The notes beneath the pieces are model-generated. The model was not told where the DNA came from and ran no database searches. It saw nothing but the letters and a program-made list of their open reading frames with translations. Positions 27,151 through 39,689 of a stretch of 46,559 nt of DNA are shown in pieces. A program made the translations under genes and the position numbers. Every line of letters begins with the position of its first letter. Within the stretch, counting starts at the first letter, position 1. The DNA comes from Catajapyx aquilonaris (Eukaryota). Location: the NCBI GenBank assembly GCA_000934665.2, contig JYFJ02003094.1, positions 1-46,559 on the forward strand, read 5' to 3'.

Positions 27151-27555
27151 GTAATACGATTATGTGCTGGGGCGAGCTCTCCCTGGCAGAAACGCACGGA
27201 ATATAGGTTTATTTGCAGTTGCATGGAGAGAGTGCGAATCAGTTGGACTCTAGTGGGAATACGTGAAAAACTTTCTAGCTCTGATATTATTTTTCGGTTG
27301 TTTTTTTTATTCACCTAATCAGATCATTGGCTTCATTGGGTAGCATGCGCATGTCCGATGGGTATGTTCGCACTAACCACAAGCGCCTACCACCATCCCC
27401 TACCTTCCCTTTCAGGGCAAACCAATCCACTCTCCAACATACGTATACAGCACATGTCACAAGGGAATCAGCCATTAGAAAAGCGAATGAAATCTCTCCC
27501 GATACAGGTCGCTCGCCCATATGCTGAAATGAGTAGGAACCGAGCATAATAAAAT

Positions 27556-27996
27556 AACAAGATTGGCAAATCACATGAGCGTGATTATAGTATACTTTTT
27601 CTCATTCTTCCAAGTATGAAACACCCTACTGGACTTGTATCGCAAACCGGTCCAACTTCAGGAATTAATATTACAGCCCCTGTTCCAGAGCGCCAGGTAA
27701 AACCCAGGGTAAATCCCTGATGCACATGGTCAGGAACCCAGGGTCCAGGGAAACTAATTTCGAAATCCAACGATAATCCGCCCGTAAAGTAGACTTGTGC
27801 GGATAGAGTGAAACAGGAAAACCGGAAGTGGCGGGTGACCGGAAGTTGACCATGACACCTGTTTAGGTCATCGCATTCTTAATCAGAATCCGAAAACCGC
27901 TTGCGGCTATCTGTTGCGGTTTAGGCCCTGATACCTGTCCACAGACGGACAGAGCCATTCTATATTACTTTTTCCGATGATGAGAAAAAGTCTAAA
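27556..27996 (+). mobile_element. HINE/DINE-1-like element, second full copy
   Basis: Collinear with 7053-7488. Confidence 0.75.
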
Positions 27997-29496
27997 AGGG
28001 AGCTAACACGACGAGCTTCTTTTGCAGTATACTGGTGCCAAACCCATTCCTTACAAAAGAATAGTTTGAGATTTGGGCTTTGGGGGAATACGCTAAGCTT
28101 TTGCAACTCTTTCGCATTTTTTTGCATGAATTTGATCTATTTTGTTACTGATGCATGGGACGGGTGTTGTAAAAAAAGCGTAGAATTTTGACTTTCGAGG
28201 AAACCCTTGTTTACTAGCCGCTTTTGGGGTAAAATGGTTTTTTTTCTGCAAACGGTAAACATTTACTAGTAACTCTTTGCCTTTTATACATCCAGATTTA
28301 ACTGACTTAACCTGTTTAAATAACCTCAAATGTTATTATTGTTGTTGTATTTTTACGTAAATAGGATATCCGTAAAATAGCCATGTTGCCTTTTTAGGGG
28401 ATTCTCTTTTATTCTTGTTCTTCTCGATTTCTGCGCTGCTGAAACGAGAGAACCCCCGAGAAAGCCCATTCGAATGCAGAGAAGCCAGCGAAACTCTGTT
28501 CACATCAGAAAATCCTTCGTCCTACCCGCGGATAGAATGTATTTTTACAATAACGCCTGCATCATATACAAAACATAGACACTTTCGGCACAGAAATAGA
28601 TGTCACACGAAAACATGCAGCCAATCTCGCTATTGCCTATTACGGAAAAGTTTCACAGAACGGATAGATTCAGCTATGCATGTTTCTCTGTAATATATTA
28701 GGCCTACTAAATTATGTGCTATATTTTTATGTACACATATTCATGACACTTGTAGCATTGCAGGCCTAATATTCCTTCTTGGGCCCCCTACCTGACCGGG
28801 GTCCCTATACTTTTGCTAGAGTTGGTGGACATAATGTGTAGCTTTCACGTTCCTAGCCATCAAGGAGGAAATAGACATTCCAGCAATGTGATAAAAATTT
28901 AACAGCTCTCCTTACTCGTCGTGTGTCAACTAGGTAAACACATTACAAGTTCGGGGACACTCCTCACTGGATACACAAAGGTACATAAAAGTTTTCCTCC
29001 CTTTTCCTTTCCCCTACTGGTCATCCTAAATCAGGAGCTGATAATGCCAACTGCGAAGTATTATCAGCTCCTAACCAACAGTAGAAATTGCCTGTTAGTA
29101 GCCATTGGGAACTATTCCTTATTTCTAGAATCGGCCTCCTTCATGACATTCCCATCCTAGGTGAGAAGGGTGGCATGGATATTGAATTTTGGAGGGTCGA
29201 ATGCCATCTTTTGGCGCACGGGACCTACACGACACTACATCACGATTAGCGGGACGGAATCATTGAAGCGTGCGACGGCAATTAGTTTTGGTGACGTTTC
29301 CAAGTTAATATATTATCTACTCTGAAAATATCTCACTGTAAGACTATCCTTCAGGTGAAACACTCGACTTTCATTATGGGTAGCAGCTGCATGGTCTCGG
29401 AGCAGCAGAGAATCTCTGTTATTCACCTAACGACGCCCCAGAACTTTAACATGTTGCCTCTCAACTCCCAGTCAGAATTATGAAAAATGATTTTAA

Positions 29497-29645
29497 AGGG
29501 ACACTCCACCGGAGCCGAGCGCGGTTTTCGAACGATTCGCCCTTTGGTTACCGTTCGGATTAGACAAAAACGGACTGCAACGTCGGAACTCTTATTTTTG
29601 GGACGATTTTTAGAGACCAACTTGTCTCACTAGTGGAGTGTCCCT
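29497..29645. mobile_element. Kolobok-type MITE
   Basis: TTAA|AGGGACACTCCAC...GTGGAGTGTCCCT|TTAA. Purine-purine termini with a TTAA TSD. Confidence 0.85.
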
Positions 29646-29649
29646 TTAA

Positions 29650-29892
29650 ATAATAATAATGGATACCCCGTGATAGGCCTCATTGGGCTTATTAAGGGAT
29701 CATCTTTTAATCATCCGTCTTTAATCATTGCCTGTCCTGAGACGGACTTCGATTGTGGGAGGAAACTGCCGAAAAAACCCACTCGAACACGGAGATAATC
29801 CATCCACATAAGTATCCTCTTTACTACCCGGGGATCGAACTCGGAACCTCAGAAGTGGAAGTCTGTGGCTCTAGCCACTATACCACCAATAT
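29650..29892 (-). mobile_element. SINE type A copy (diverged)
   Basis: Reverse complement of the 972 copy, including the GGATACCCCGTGATAGGCC tail. Confidence 0.85.
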
Positions 29893-30415
29893 GACCATAT
29901 TTATGAAGCCCATAATTATGAAGAATATGGTAATATTGGAATAACCCAAAAAAGTCCCTAATTTGCTTCGTTACGCGGGAGCTATTGAAGGTCCAGAACT
30001 GATAACAATATACAGTATTATGGTTTAGTCTTATACAGTAAGAGTGAGAGTTTAGTATGAACTTGAACACGACCTTTCAATCTTTCATACCCACACTACT
30101 ATACATAGCCTACACACTATTGACTAGGCAGTCCGATGGATTTTAGGGGCTGAATTATCTGCAACAAAAAATAATTATATTACCTTATATTTCTCTACAG
30201 ATATTACTAAATATTGGAATGTTCTTCTTGGAGAAGGCGCATAATATTGTCTATGCTTGCTTCAGTGGCGGAGTAATAAAATGCCAATTCCATCCTACCT
30301 TAAATATGATTACTTTACATCACATTACATTGATAATGCCCAGCCTCATTATAATTTGGCTGATAATCATGTCGTATACTGGTGATATTCGAGTAAGACG
30401 TGGAATTTCTTATAG

Positions 30416-30520
30416 GTGCTGAATGTACAAATTGAAGGAGACCTGTCTCTATTGGATAAGCAAGTCAAGAAGACGGCGCTAGCATTGAGAGCTGAACGCA
30501 TAAAGCTGATAAAAGTCAAG
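30416..30520 (+). CDS. Coding exon 7 (VLNVQIEGD...LRAERIKLIKVK)
   Basis: ttatAG acceptor, 105 nt, AAG|GTAACA donor, phase 0. Confidence 0.9.
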
Positions 30521-30592
30521 GTAACATATTACGTAATACCGGTATGTCTTTTGTTTTGTCCAGCAATCAGTATAATTATAAGATATGCTTAG

Positions 30593-30812
30593 GTGGAAGA
30601 AGCCCGCGGTTCTGAGGTACTTTTGGATGTGGATTCTGGAATAATAGAGGCTGACCGAGTTGTTTCGAGAGCGACTGCTTATGAGTACTACAGCGAAGAG
30701 ACGAACAACTTGACTCGTCCAAACAGACTCTCAGTGGATGAGGCTGAGGCTGCGGAATCTGGTGTTCCAGCAGATGAATTGGCGCCTTTGCCTTCACGTG
30801 AAGAGCTGTTGG
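30593..30812 (+). CDS. Coding exon 8 (VEEARGSE...LAPLPSREELL)
   Basis: cttAG acceptor, same frame as ORF 30593, phase-1 donor GTAGGC at 30813. Confidence 0.9.
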
Positions 30813-31377
30813 GTAGGCTGGCATCTCAGCTTATACAATTATTCTGTACATTAACCCATTTGTTCCCAGCATCGTCCTATATACACGTATAGGATGGTTG
30901 GGAAAAATTATTTCTTGAAGTTGTGCATATAAATCACAGAATAAGCAATACAAGCTGAACCATTTCATGAAAGTCTAATCTACAGTGGGAGAATGCAGAT
31001 ACATCACATTTCAGTTATTGCATTAGCCCCAATTTATTACAAGTTGAATTTTGGGAAATTTGCCAATTTCAGAACTGGCGCGATTGAGAAACGTGGCTGA
31101 AACTTGATATGCAGCATTATGGCATATGTCTGTACATCAGTGATTATTTTCAACAAGATCCGAGATGATGTAAAAACATTTCGGCTCACTTGATTCGGAA
31201 AGACCCCTATAGTAAACCGGTTCAAACTTTTAAACGATATATCTCAAAAAGTAGAGCTGATGGAGCAAACCGGATGCCAGCTTTGGAATCAGCGCCACAG
31301 ATATACCCTAAAATCGGTCTAACCTTCAAGGCATCAAAAAGAAATTTCAATTTTGTTCCCCTGTGTAATTTTTGGAC

Positions 31378-31826
31378 CTGTGTTTTTGGTCACCCACCGT
31401 GGCCCCACGTCCAGATGTGTTGAGCTGTGTTCAAAGAACTATACTGTACCGAGTTTCACGTTTTTATCACCGAATGCAAGCTCCCAATTCACATGATCTT
31501 CGCAGAGAGGTATGTTGGGTCCGTTAGATCTGGCAACCTTGCGAGTGACCCACAGCGGGGTCTGTCATCATGGCCCCACATCCAGACATGTTCAGAAGTG
31601 TCCAAAGACCAATATTTTGGCGAGTTTCATGTTTTTGTCACCGAATACAATGCCCTAAAGGATGCTGCATCTAGTAGTTATGGCATCACTGCGAAAGTGA
31701 CCTCCACCGGGGTGGGTCATCGTGGCCCCACGTCCAGATATGATCAGAAGTGTCCAAAGAACAAGTGTACCGAGTTTCATACTTTTGTCACAAAATGCAA
31801 AGTTCAACCCCTTAGCACCCGGACTA
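31378..31826. mobile_element. Terminal fragment of a second Academ-like non-autonomous element (three ~150-170-bp subterminal repeats)
   Basis: Three copies of TGGCCCCACRTCCAGA..CGAGTTTCAY.TTTT.TCAC, ending in CCCGGACTA (5'-TAG terminus on the minus strand). Confidence 0.55.
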
Positions 31827-32100
31827 TTACAAAGTTACAACTTTTATATAGATCAGAATCGATAAATGGCCCATATAGTGCAGGATTTTTTTTGTGTCTT
31901 TAAAATACGACACTGCATACTGTATAGCAGACCTCTATACTACCGTGCGGTATATCTTCCGTAATGAGCCAAATAAAGTTTTGTGTGTTATACCACTTAT
32001 ACGTAATGCAGTAAACCCTGCTTCTTGAAGCATTGTAAATTCAATAACAAGGAAACGAAGCCTGCAGTTTTCGTAGGAATAAAATGTTTCACTATTTCAG

Positions 32101-32276
32101 GGAAGGAAAACGAAGAGATCCATCCACTTAGAGCAGAGGAAGAATATCACAGGCAGAACAGAGAGCGAATTACGCAGAGTCTTCAGGAAAAATTGGAAGC
32201 TCGTCGACAACGTAGACATCGTCGCAAGCAAGAGGAATCCACAGAAGAAAACAATGTTGCTGTGCCTGATGTCTAA
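32101..32276 (+). CDS. Terminal coding exon 9 (GKENEE...LQEKLEARRQRRHRRKQ...VPDV*)
   Basis: tttcAG acceptor, G|GG Gly, TAA at 32274-76. The joined CDS is 1401 nt (466 aa plus stop). A candidate AATAAA lies at 32859. Confidence 0.9.
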
Positions 32277-33333
32277 TTCATTGCAGAATTATTAATACCA
32301 GATAACTTGTTGATTCGTTATCAGCGTCATGGGTACTGTTGCAACCAATTGGATGAAAATTATTTGACTGATCAACACAAAATAATCTCCCTTCGCTATA
32401 CAGTATAGTGTTATCGGTTTGCAGGACTGTATGCGTCGGTGTGTAGAGAACGTGTTGATTTTCTTTAATATTATACTGTATTAATGCCACACATGGTGAA
32501 TAACAATAATATTATATCAAGTTTTATGGGACGCCTATGGCCAATTGAAACTGGAAAAATTGCAAATTCGCAAAACTTTGACCATAATATCTCATTTCAG
32601 CTTTATATCCCTGGTTTGCACTACGAACTTTGACTCCTTTGTATACAATATGAAGCAGCATTTTTGCCAATGGCCTTAGTTGACCAAGCAAAAGAGATTA
32701 ATACGTATTATCTTACTTGCTAACATTATTTTGCTGATCTTGTGTCATGAGTGGGAAATGTGCAAAATATATATACCAAAAGTGACTTAAAGTGTCGCCA
32801 GTTTACATTATGCGAAACACACCTTTCACCTGGGCAAGGAAACAATATTATTTTCTGGAATAAATTATTATTATTATGTCAAGTAATGCTGTAATTTTAG
32901 AGACAGGCTTGTTATTTTCTTTGTTACATTATGGTTATAAGTCTATATATTAATATATTAGTGAGGCAGATGAACCTTTTCTCCTTAGAGCGACAATAGC
33001 CGTGCATTTTATTACTGTGCGTGAAATAAGTTTTAACTTTTGATATCATATGCTTCAATAATAATAACTGTTACATTTTGAGTACTGTATTATGGAACTC
33101 GGAATCCAAACATTAACAGAAAAGCCTTTTTGAGTAGCGTTTCCAAGAGTTCCATTACCATTTCCGGTATATATTCTCTAGGCAGACCTTGTTTGCCAAC
33201 ATACAAGGTAAGTAGTAATACAATCATGTCAATTTTCAATGGGAACCATACAAGTAAGTTAAAAAGTTATTGAGCAATGTTTGGGTTTCCATTCGAGAAA
33301 ATCACCATGTAGTACGCATGCCAGCTCGTATAA

Positions 33334-33588
33334 GGATACCCCATGATAGATCCTCTTGGGCATTTTAGGTGATCATCTTTTTAATCAATCGTCTTTATTC
33401 ATTGCCTGTCCCGTGATGGGTTTTGATTGTAGGAGGAAACGGGAGAGCCCCGAGAAAACCCACGCGAACATGGAGAGAACTCATCGAAATTCTATCCACG
33501 TGCGTATATTCTGTCCGACCCGGGGTTCGAACTTGGGACCTTATTAGAGGTGGAAAGCTGTGACGCTAACAACTGCACCGTCGCGTCG
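33334..33588 (-). mobile_element. SINE type A copy
   Basis: Reverse complement of the 972 copy. Confidence 0.85.
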
Positions 33589-33724
33589 TGCTCCCCGTCA
33601 CGGTATTTAATTAAGTTAATAATGAAAGTGAGAACTTTTCAGATGGTATCTAATGGAGAAAAATAGGCATATCCCTCATTGTTCAGTAGCAGCCTAGGGT
33701 TGTAGGCCTACAGTAAATTCCTAG

Positions 33725-33928
33725 GGGGTGGATTCATCAAATGTCGTAAGTCAAATTTTCGTTGTAACCGGTCGTAACCTGTGTAACCTAGGTACACCTG
33801 GAAAACCCAAGTTACACATAGGTGTCCATAGTAAGTTAATAATATTAATTATTATTGTAACTATGGTTACGACCGGTTAAGACGAAAATTTGACTTAGGC
33901 CCTGCGCGAAATTTGATGAAACCACCCA
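33725..33928. mobile_element. Harbinger-like fold-back MITE
   Basis: GGGGTGGATTCATCAAAT...ATTTGATGAAACCACCCA plus an internal inverted AAGTCAAATTTTCGT..AACCGGTCGTAACC. TAG/CAG flanks. Confidence 0.7.
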
Positions 33929-34399
33929 CAGGGCTTTCTTTTACCAACGCCATAAATTTCGTGAATATTTAGTAAAGTGAGAATACACCTAACATGGCCA
34001 TGTGTTAACACTGCAACCAGCAAAATGCTGGCTTATGGCCTGTCTCACCAAGCAGGTTACATGATAAATCAGTTTCTTTTCAGAAAATGCTTAGGCCTAC
34101 TTTTGGTCGTTGTCAACCATAGTTGATGTTATGGCGATTTTTGTTATAATTAACCGAGGTTCAAAATTTTAACCAGGTTGTTGGTGAAACCCGACCTTAG
34201 GCAACATATTTGAAAAATTCAATTTAAACATCGGCCGGCGCCAGCAACACCTGCATGTTTGGTTGCATGAAGGCGCCACCGAGTAGGCTTCTCCCATTTC
34301 TCCTAGCCGCTCCTAGCCACGCTCCAACTTTGCAATATTATTCTCCCGTGAGATGGCATGACCCTCTTTTCTCGTTCCAGCACTTGCGACGCGAAGCCT

Positions 34400-34900
34400 G
34401 GGAGCCTTGATCCACCGGTTTCCTTTTGAGAGCACAATATCAGTTGTTCCCCTAATTTTTGAGGTTCCGGGAAGGCTGGCTACATGTGGGTTTAATTACC
34501 TAAAACGTTGAGTGTTCTGATTATTCCTTTTTGGGTATAATTAACGTGAGAGTCTTTGAAGAGATCATTTTCACTCATTTATTTCTTTGGGAATACAAGA
34601 TTAGTGTTATTTTGGATTAAATTGGATTTGGGTATTTATGTTGGTGAGAACTCGTACTTATATTTCTGTTTTCCAGAATGATGGGTCTATTATTTTGATT
34701 GGAAGGAAATTCCTCGAGATTGATTTCCAGGTGTCCTTGCCCATCAGCTGTGTTCAAGGTTTTTAGTTTCCATTCCGTCACGGAATGCAGATTTGATTAC
34801 TTTTTTAAATTATTTATTCTTGTTATACATAAAATGATTCTAATAAATGTATATATTGCTACTTGTGCTTGTTTGCTCTCTTAAATTCTCTGCTAAATCA
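34400..34900 (-). pseudogene. Possible decayed LINE reverse-transcriptase C-terminal fragment
   Basis: EWKLKTLN..PIILENRNI..HKY..LFKDSHVNY..IIRTLNVL resembles the region after YADD. Many lesions. Confidence 0.35.
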
Positions 34901-37716
34901 TTTTCACGCTTCCACTTTGTAACACAGTGGCAAATTCCAAGCGACAACACTATAGGCAGTCATGGTCCACATTAGCGGTATTGGCTACCCTGATCACATG
35001 TCGAATTATTGTTATTGCCGCCTTGACGACGTTTCCAGGCATTATCACATTAGTCAATAAACACGCCATACGTATATTTTACATACACCCATACATACAT
35101 TCATACATTTCCTTCACGGCATATTCCCATCAAGATGGGGTTACCAGCGATGACCAAGATGGTAGGCCTACAGTCCACCTGGCCATCTCGAACCAGTATA
35201 ATGAATCCTCTGGTGACTGGTCAGGCCACGCGGAGAATATAATGAATAGGATGATAATGAAAAGGATGTCATGAATACATACAGATACACAAACACACGC
35301 ACAATACACACATATAAATATACAAAAAAACCATATAAAACTATGTAAAATTTATGTAAAAATGAGTCTCCGGTGCTGGGCCATGTTGGGGATGGAACAT
35401 CCACTCTTGTGACCTTCCAGTCCAACAGCCATGCAGGCACAGAATGGATTGTTGATGGCGATGGCGATAGTAAACTAGGCGACGGTGTTGAGCCATGTTG
35501 GGGATGGAACATCCACTCTTGTGACCAGGAGGTGCTTGTTGACAGATGTCTCCTAGGCAATTACAAATCTTTATATCTGGACGGAAGAAAAATTTGTCCA
35601 TACCCCCATACAAGTACAACTATGTCAGCCTGAAACAATCCCAACACTCCTCAACACGAGGTACGTCCCGCAATATATTCTTCCACGAGTGAATATTAAC
35701 AGTCATGGGTGCAGGAATCGGGAGTGGGAGTGGGATATGTTGTACGAGGAATCTTGCGTCAAAAATAAACTCTACACTTACTAAGGGGCTTTACTTCCCG
35801 ATTAGGAACAGATGGACGTGGACAAAGCAGAGGACATGGCGCAACCAACAGCTTTCCCTGCCCTTAGTGTTCAGCAGGCACCAGCCACCCGATCCATCCC
35901 TGTACCAGTGTTCGTAGTTTATATAGAATCCTCAGAGATTTTCTTCGTTCACAAGAAAACTGATGATGCCAAGAAAGTGTCGGATATGAAAGTGGATGCC
36001 CATCCTCAAGCGTGAGGGCCGTAAATAAATAGAATCACTCTCATCGAAGCAGGCCAATGCAATGGGCAATCTACAGTACATGCCTTCGTCAAACACTGGC
36101 AGAACTACATGTCCTTGCACTACAGGGTGACCGCCTCCCTTTACAACCAAAAATAATCAGACCCAGAAGTCAATATCCTAAATCTCTGTACACAGCACAA
36201 GATACCAATAAAAATTTGTGTATATACCTGAACACTGCTGTCAGAAATGATAATTGTCTACACTTTCAGTATCAGAAAAGCTCGGAGAAAGGACTATGCA
36301 GCACTATCAGGATACGCGGCGTTGCCTGGGTGTATTGTGGTGGTAGTATACAGTGGCTGGGGTGCGATTGGGGTATGCAAGAATTAAATGCACTTCAATT
36401 ATTATCACTTACATATAGTGCTATGTGTACTGTACCTACTTCATCTATACACATGACTGTATAATTATTTGACATGCTTAAAACTGGACCTATGGGCCAT
36501 TGTGTAGTAAAAGACTGGACGGTCACGTGGGTTTTTCCTAAATATGTCCTCTGATGATTGTACAAGTATATACAGATATGATAGGTGGGATTTGTTTTAT
36601 ACGTGGGTAATGTTGTAGGCTACATCGGGTTTCATTTGTGTCTGGCAAGCCTACTTCCAAATTCCACTCGCGCCTCGGTTAGCGTAGTTGACGGATGCGT
36701 CGAATTTACAGCGATAGGAAGTACATGTATAAGAGAGAGGCGCAAGACAGTGGTGCCTCGGCCCCGTCTTCGTGGACAAAAGTCGGAAACTCATTCGATC
36801 ATCGTAAAACTCGGTATATACGGTACACGTTGTTGGATGTGCACTATGCCATTTTTAGTGGTTTGAGCCCAATACGGACAATTTCGACAATTTACATCCT
36901 ACGTTTGATAGACAAGCCCACATATAGGAACATATCAAATTTTCAGAGTTATGCTTCTGGAGAGTCTTATAGGCTTTAACATATAGCTTGAAATTGCCTA
37001 TGTGGATGTAAACTGACTTGCCAGTGGAGTATCTGTGGATTAGAAAGTGTTCTTATTTTAAAATTAGCGTATTTCATGCATTGTAACTGTAACCCGGGTG
37101 GGCGATGGAGGAGCAGGGTGGGGTCAAATATTTTCTACTCTAAAATCTGCATTCGCTGCTAGGCGCACGAGGTCTCTTCATACCTCTGTAGGGGAGAGGC
37201 TATAGCGCACAATACATGATGAATTAATATGGATGGATTGTAGCTCTATTTTTTCCCCTCGCAAATCATTCGACACGTACTTTATTCTTACTTCCCAGTA
37301 AGTTACTCACGTACAGTACGGTAGATCAGCCTATCACTTACTATCCAGTCACAAAGTAGGGCCTATACACAATCCTATGGTGCCTTATTGTGATATCTAC
37401 TCAAGGACTCAAGGACTCAAGGACAAGCATGTTTACATGGGCCATAGACACCTGAACATTGTTGAGAAAAACTTGAAAAGTTCATATTTGAATTTCCCTC
37501 TATTTTGGTGAACTGTACGTCTGTACCTTTGCAGTTTCCGGTTCTAAAGATTAACATGTACCCGTTTAAGATACTCTGCATTATTGGCTGTCACATTCCA
37601 AGTTTACAAACTGTGAGAATTGTTATTGGCTCTACGATCGACTACTTTCCATAATAGCGACCGGCACAGGTGCGAAGAGAGTAAAACATGACATTTTAAA
37701 AATATATAAATACATT

Positions 37717-37941
37717 TCTGCCGTCAGATGTGAGAGGACCGTAACTCAATATCCACTTCCCTTGCGGCGAGAAAAGAAAGCAAGTGTTACCGAAAGCATC
37801 CAAGAGGTGGCGTTGGGGGAAGGGGGAAAAGGGAACGGCACCCCAACTCCACCTGTTGGGTGCTTTTGGTACCACTGCTTTTAATCTCGCCGCAAGGGGA
37901 AGTGGACATTGAGTTACGGTCTTCTCATATCTGACGGCAGA
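37717..37941. repeat. Fold-back palindromic MITE (~100-bp arms)
   Basis: TCTGCCGTCAGATGTGAGAGGACCGTAACTCAAT.. is mirrored by ..ATTGAGTTACGGTCTTCTCATATCTGACGGCAGA. Confidence 0.85.
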
Positions 37942-38163
37942 TTGGCTAAGAAATTGTAAAAGCTGATGCAAGATTGAACTTGTTGTGTAGACTGTAGAAG
38001 ATGCGAGGATAGGTTAATTTCGCAGTTTTACGGCGTGACTTTGTGACAGCAACGGTTGGAATCTCACGAATTTATCTCTGCCCCCCGAAAAAGGGGTCAC
38101 AGGGTCATTTTGTGCAGGTCACTTTTGGTTCCTTTTCCATCCCTTGGGGTGGGCTACCAATGC

Positions 38164-38270
<107 letters not shown>

Positions 38271-39096
38271 TATAATGATAATAATAATCACCATCATATC
38301 ATAATAATCATTATCATAAACAATAAACTAAATCTAAAATAAAATGATAAAAATGAAATAATATGTAATTATTTTTATTTAATCATATTTATGATTTATG
38401 ATTAAATAATTAAAATATCTTTAGTTACGGAAATGAAGTATTTTCTATTGGCTCTTGTGGTCTTATGAATGACACATTTTTGCGCCCACAGGAAGTAGTA
38501 TTCTGCTGGACTTTTCGTATGCAGCAATTCTCGCAATATGCATGGATAGTCCAGGCAATCTAGAGCAAAACTGCCCCCAACCTGGGCAAAATTGCTTCCT
38601 GAGGTTTCTGAACGGTTTCCAGTTCAGAATCCATTGCTGAATAACATATCCAAAATCCGCCAAAATCGGTCCACGGGAACACCCCCAAAAATTGACAAAA
38701 TGGCCCCCAAGCCACATTTAAGTAAATAATTTTTTACTCCGAAACCAAGGCTTGAAGAACATTTTGTGTTCAGTTCGAGGGAGTGTAGCATCGTGCAAGG
38801 TTTATTTCGGGACCATTTCCGGCCATGTAGGGGTCATATGTCACTGACCAGGTCAAATTATGTGCAATACAGTCTCTGACCTCCAGCATATTCATGCCGG
38901 CGGCGCATGAAATATGCGCCATACAGAGAATATGCTCCAATAAATGTTTTGCGGAACCTTCTTAGCTACAAAATGATACTTGAATCGTTCATGTAGGTGT
39001 AATAGTAGCGGAGATATGTACATATCTTCACATCCAAATTTGAGACAATTCTTGACAATAGGCTTCAATTGCCGCAGATGAGATCCACCTGACATT

Positions 39097-39568
39097 TTTT
39101 ATTATTTTACCCCGTGATAGGCCTACATAGGCGCTGTTGGGGGGAGGTACACCACCATCAATTTTCTCGTCCTATTTTCTTTCCTCCGGTGCAAGGGGAT
39201 AGGATAGGGATGAGGAGGGGGGGACACTGGTGCAGGCAAATATTATATACGCGAAGCGCGTTAATAGTATTTGGTGCAGGTGCAATGTCTCAAGTTGGGG
39301 GTCGTGTGCAGTCCCCCAGGGGGCCCGTTCGCCATAGATGACCCCCTGGATGCGAGTCAGAAATACCCCCTGACCCGCACCTCCTCCAGGGAAGGGAAGG
39401 AAAGAGGCGGCTGTGGCCTATTTTACGGTACGCTCCCAGAAATTTTTCCTGGGGCGACCTTGGAAAACCACAGAAAACCATGGTCAGGACCGCCGGCCCC
39501 GAGACTCGAACCCAGGACCTCCCGATTAGCAGTCGGATACCATATCCACTCCACCACTACTGCTTCGG
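39097..39568 (-). mobile_element. Chimeric tRNA-derived SINE (type-C head and central domain plus type-B body and tail)
   Basis: 13-bp TSD TCCACCTGACATT (39084-96 and 39569-81). A/B-box head. The 5' half matches the 20.6 kb and 44.7 kb copies, and the 3' half matches the 13.7 kb and 43.0 kb copies. Confidence 0.85.
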
Positions 39569-39689
39569 TCCACCTGACATTAGGAAGTATAGTGTCAGGG
39601 ACAGGCGTTGTCGTTGGTTTTCGTGGTCTTCTTTGGTTTGGTGGTTCGGCTGCGTCTACTTTGGTTTGGTGATTTTGGTGTTGGTGTTT

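Noticed and set aside
31427..31903. 158-aa ORF with internal repeats
   Set aside because: It arises from subterminal tandem repeats of a transposon end inside the last intron and has no fitting splice sites in the gene model.
35380..35526. CRISPR-like repeat-spacer-repeat
   Set aside because: Only two repeats, a 77-bp spacer, eukaryotic context and no cas genes.
38463..38717. Near-identical 84-aa ORFs at 38463 (-) and 42572 (+) as duplicated genes
   Set aside because: They simply mirror the two inverted arms and have no recognisable protein features.
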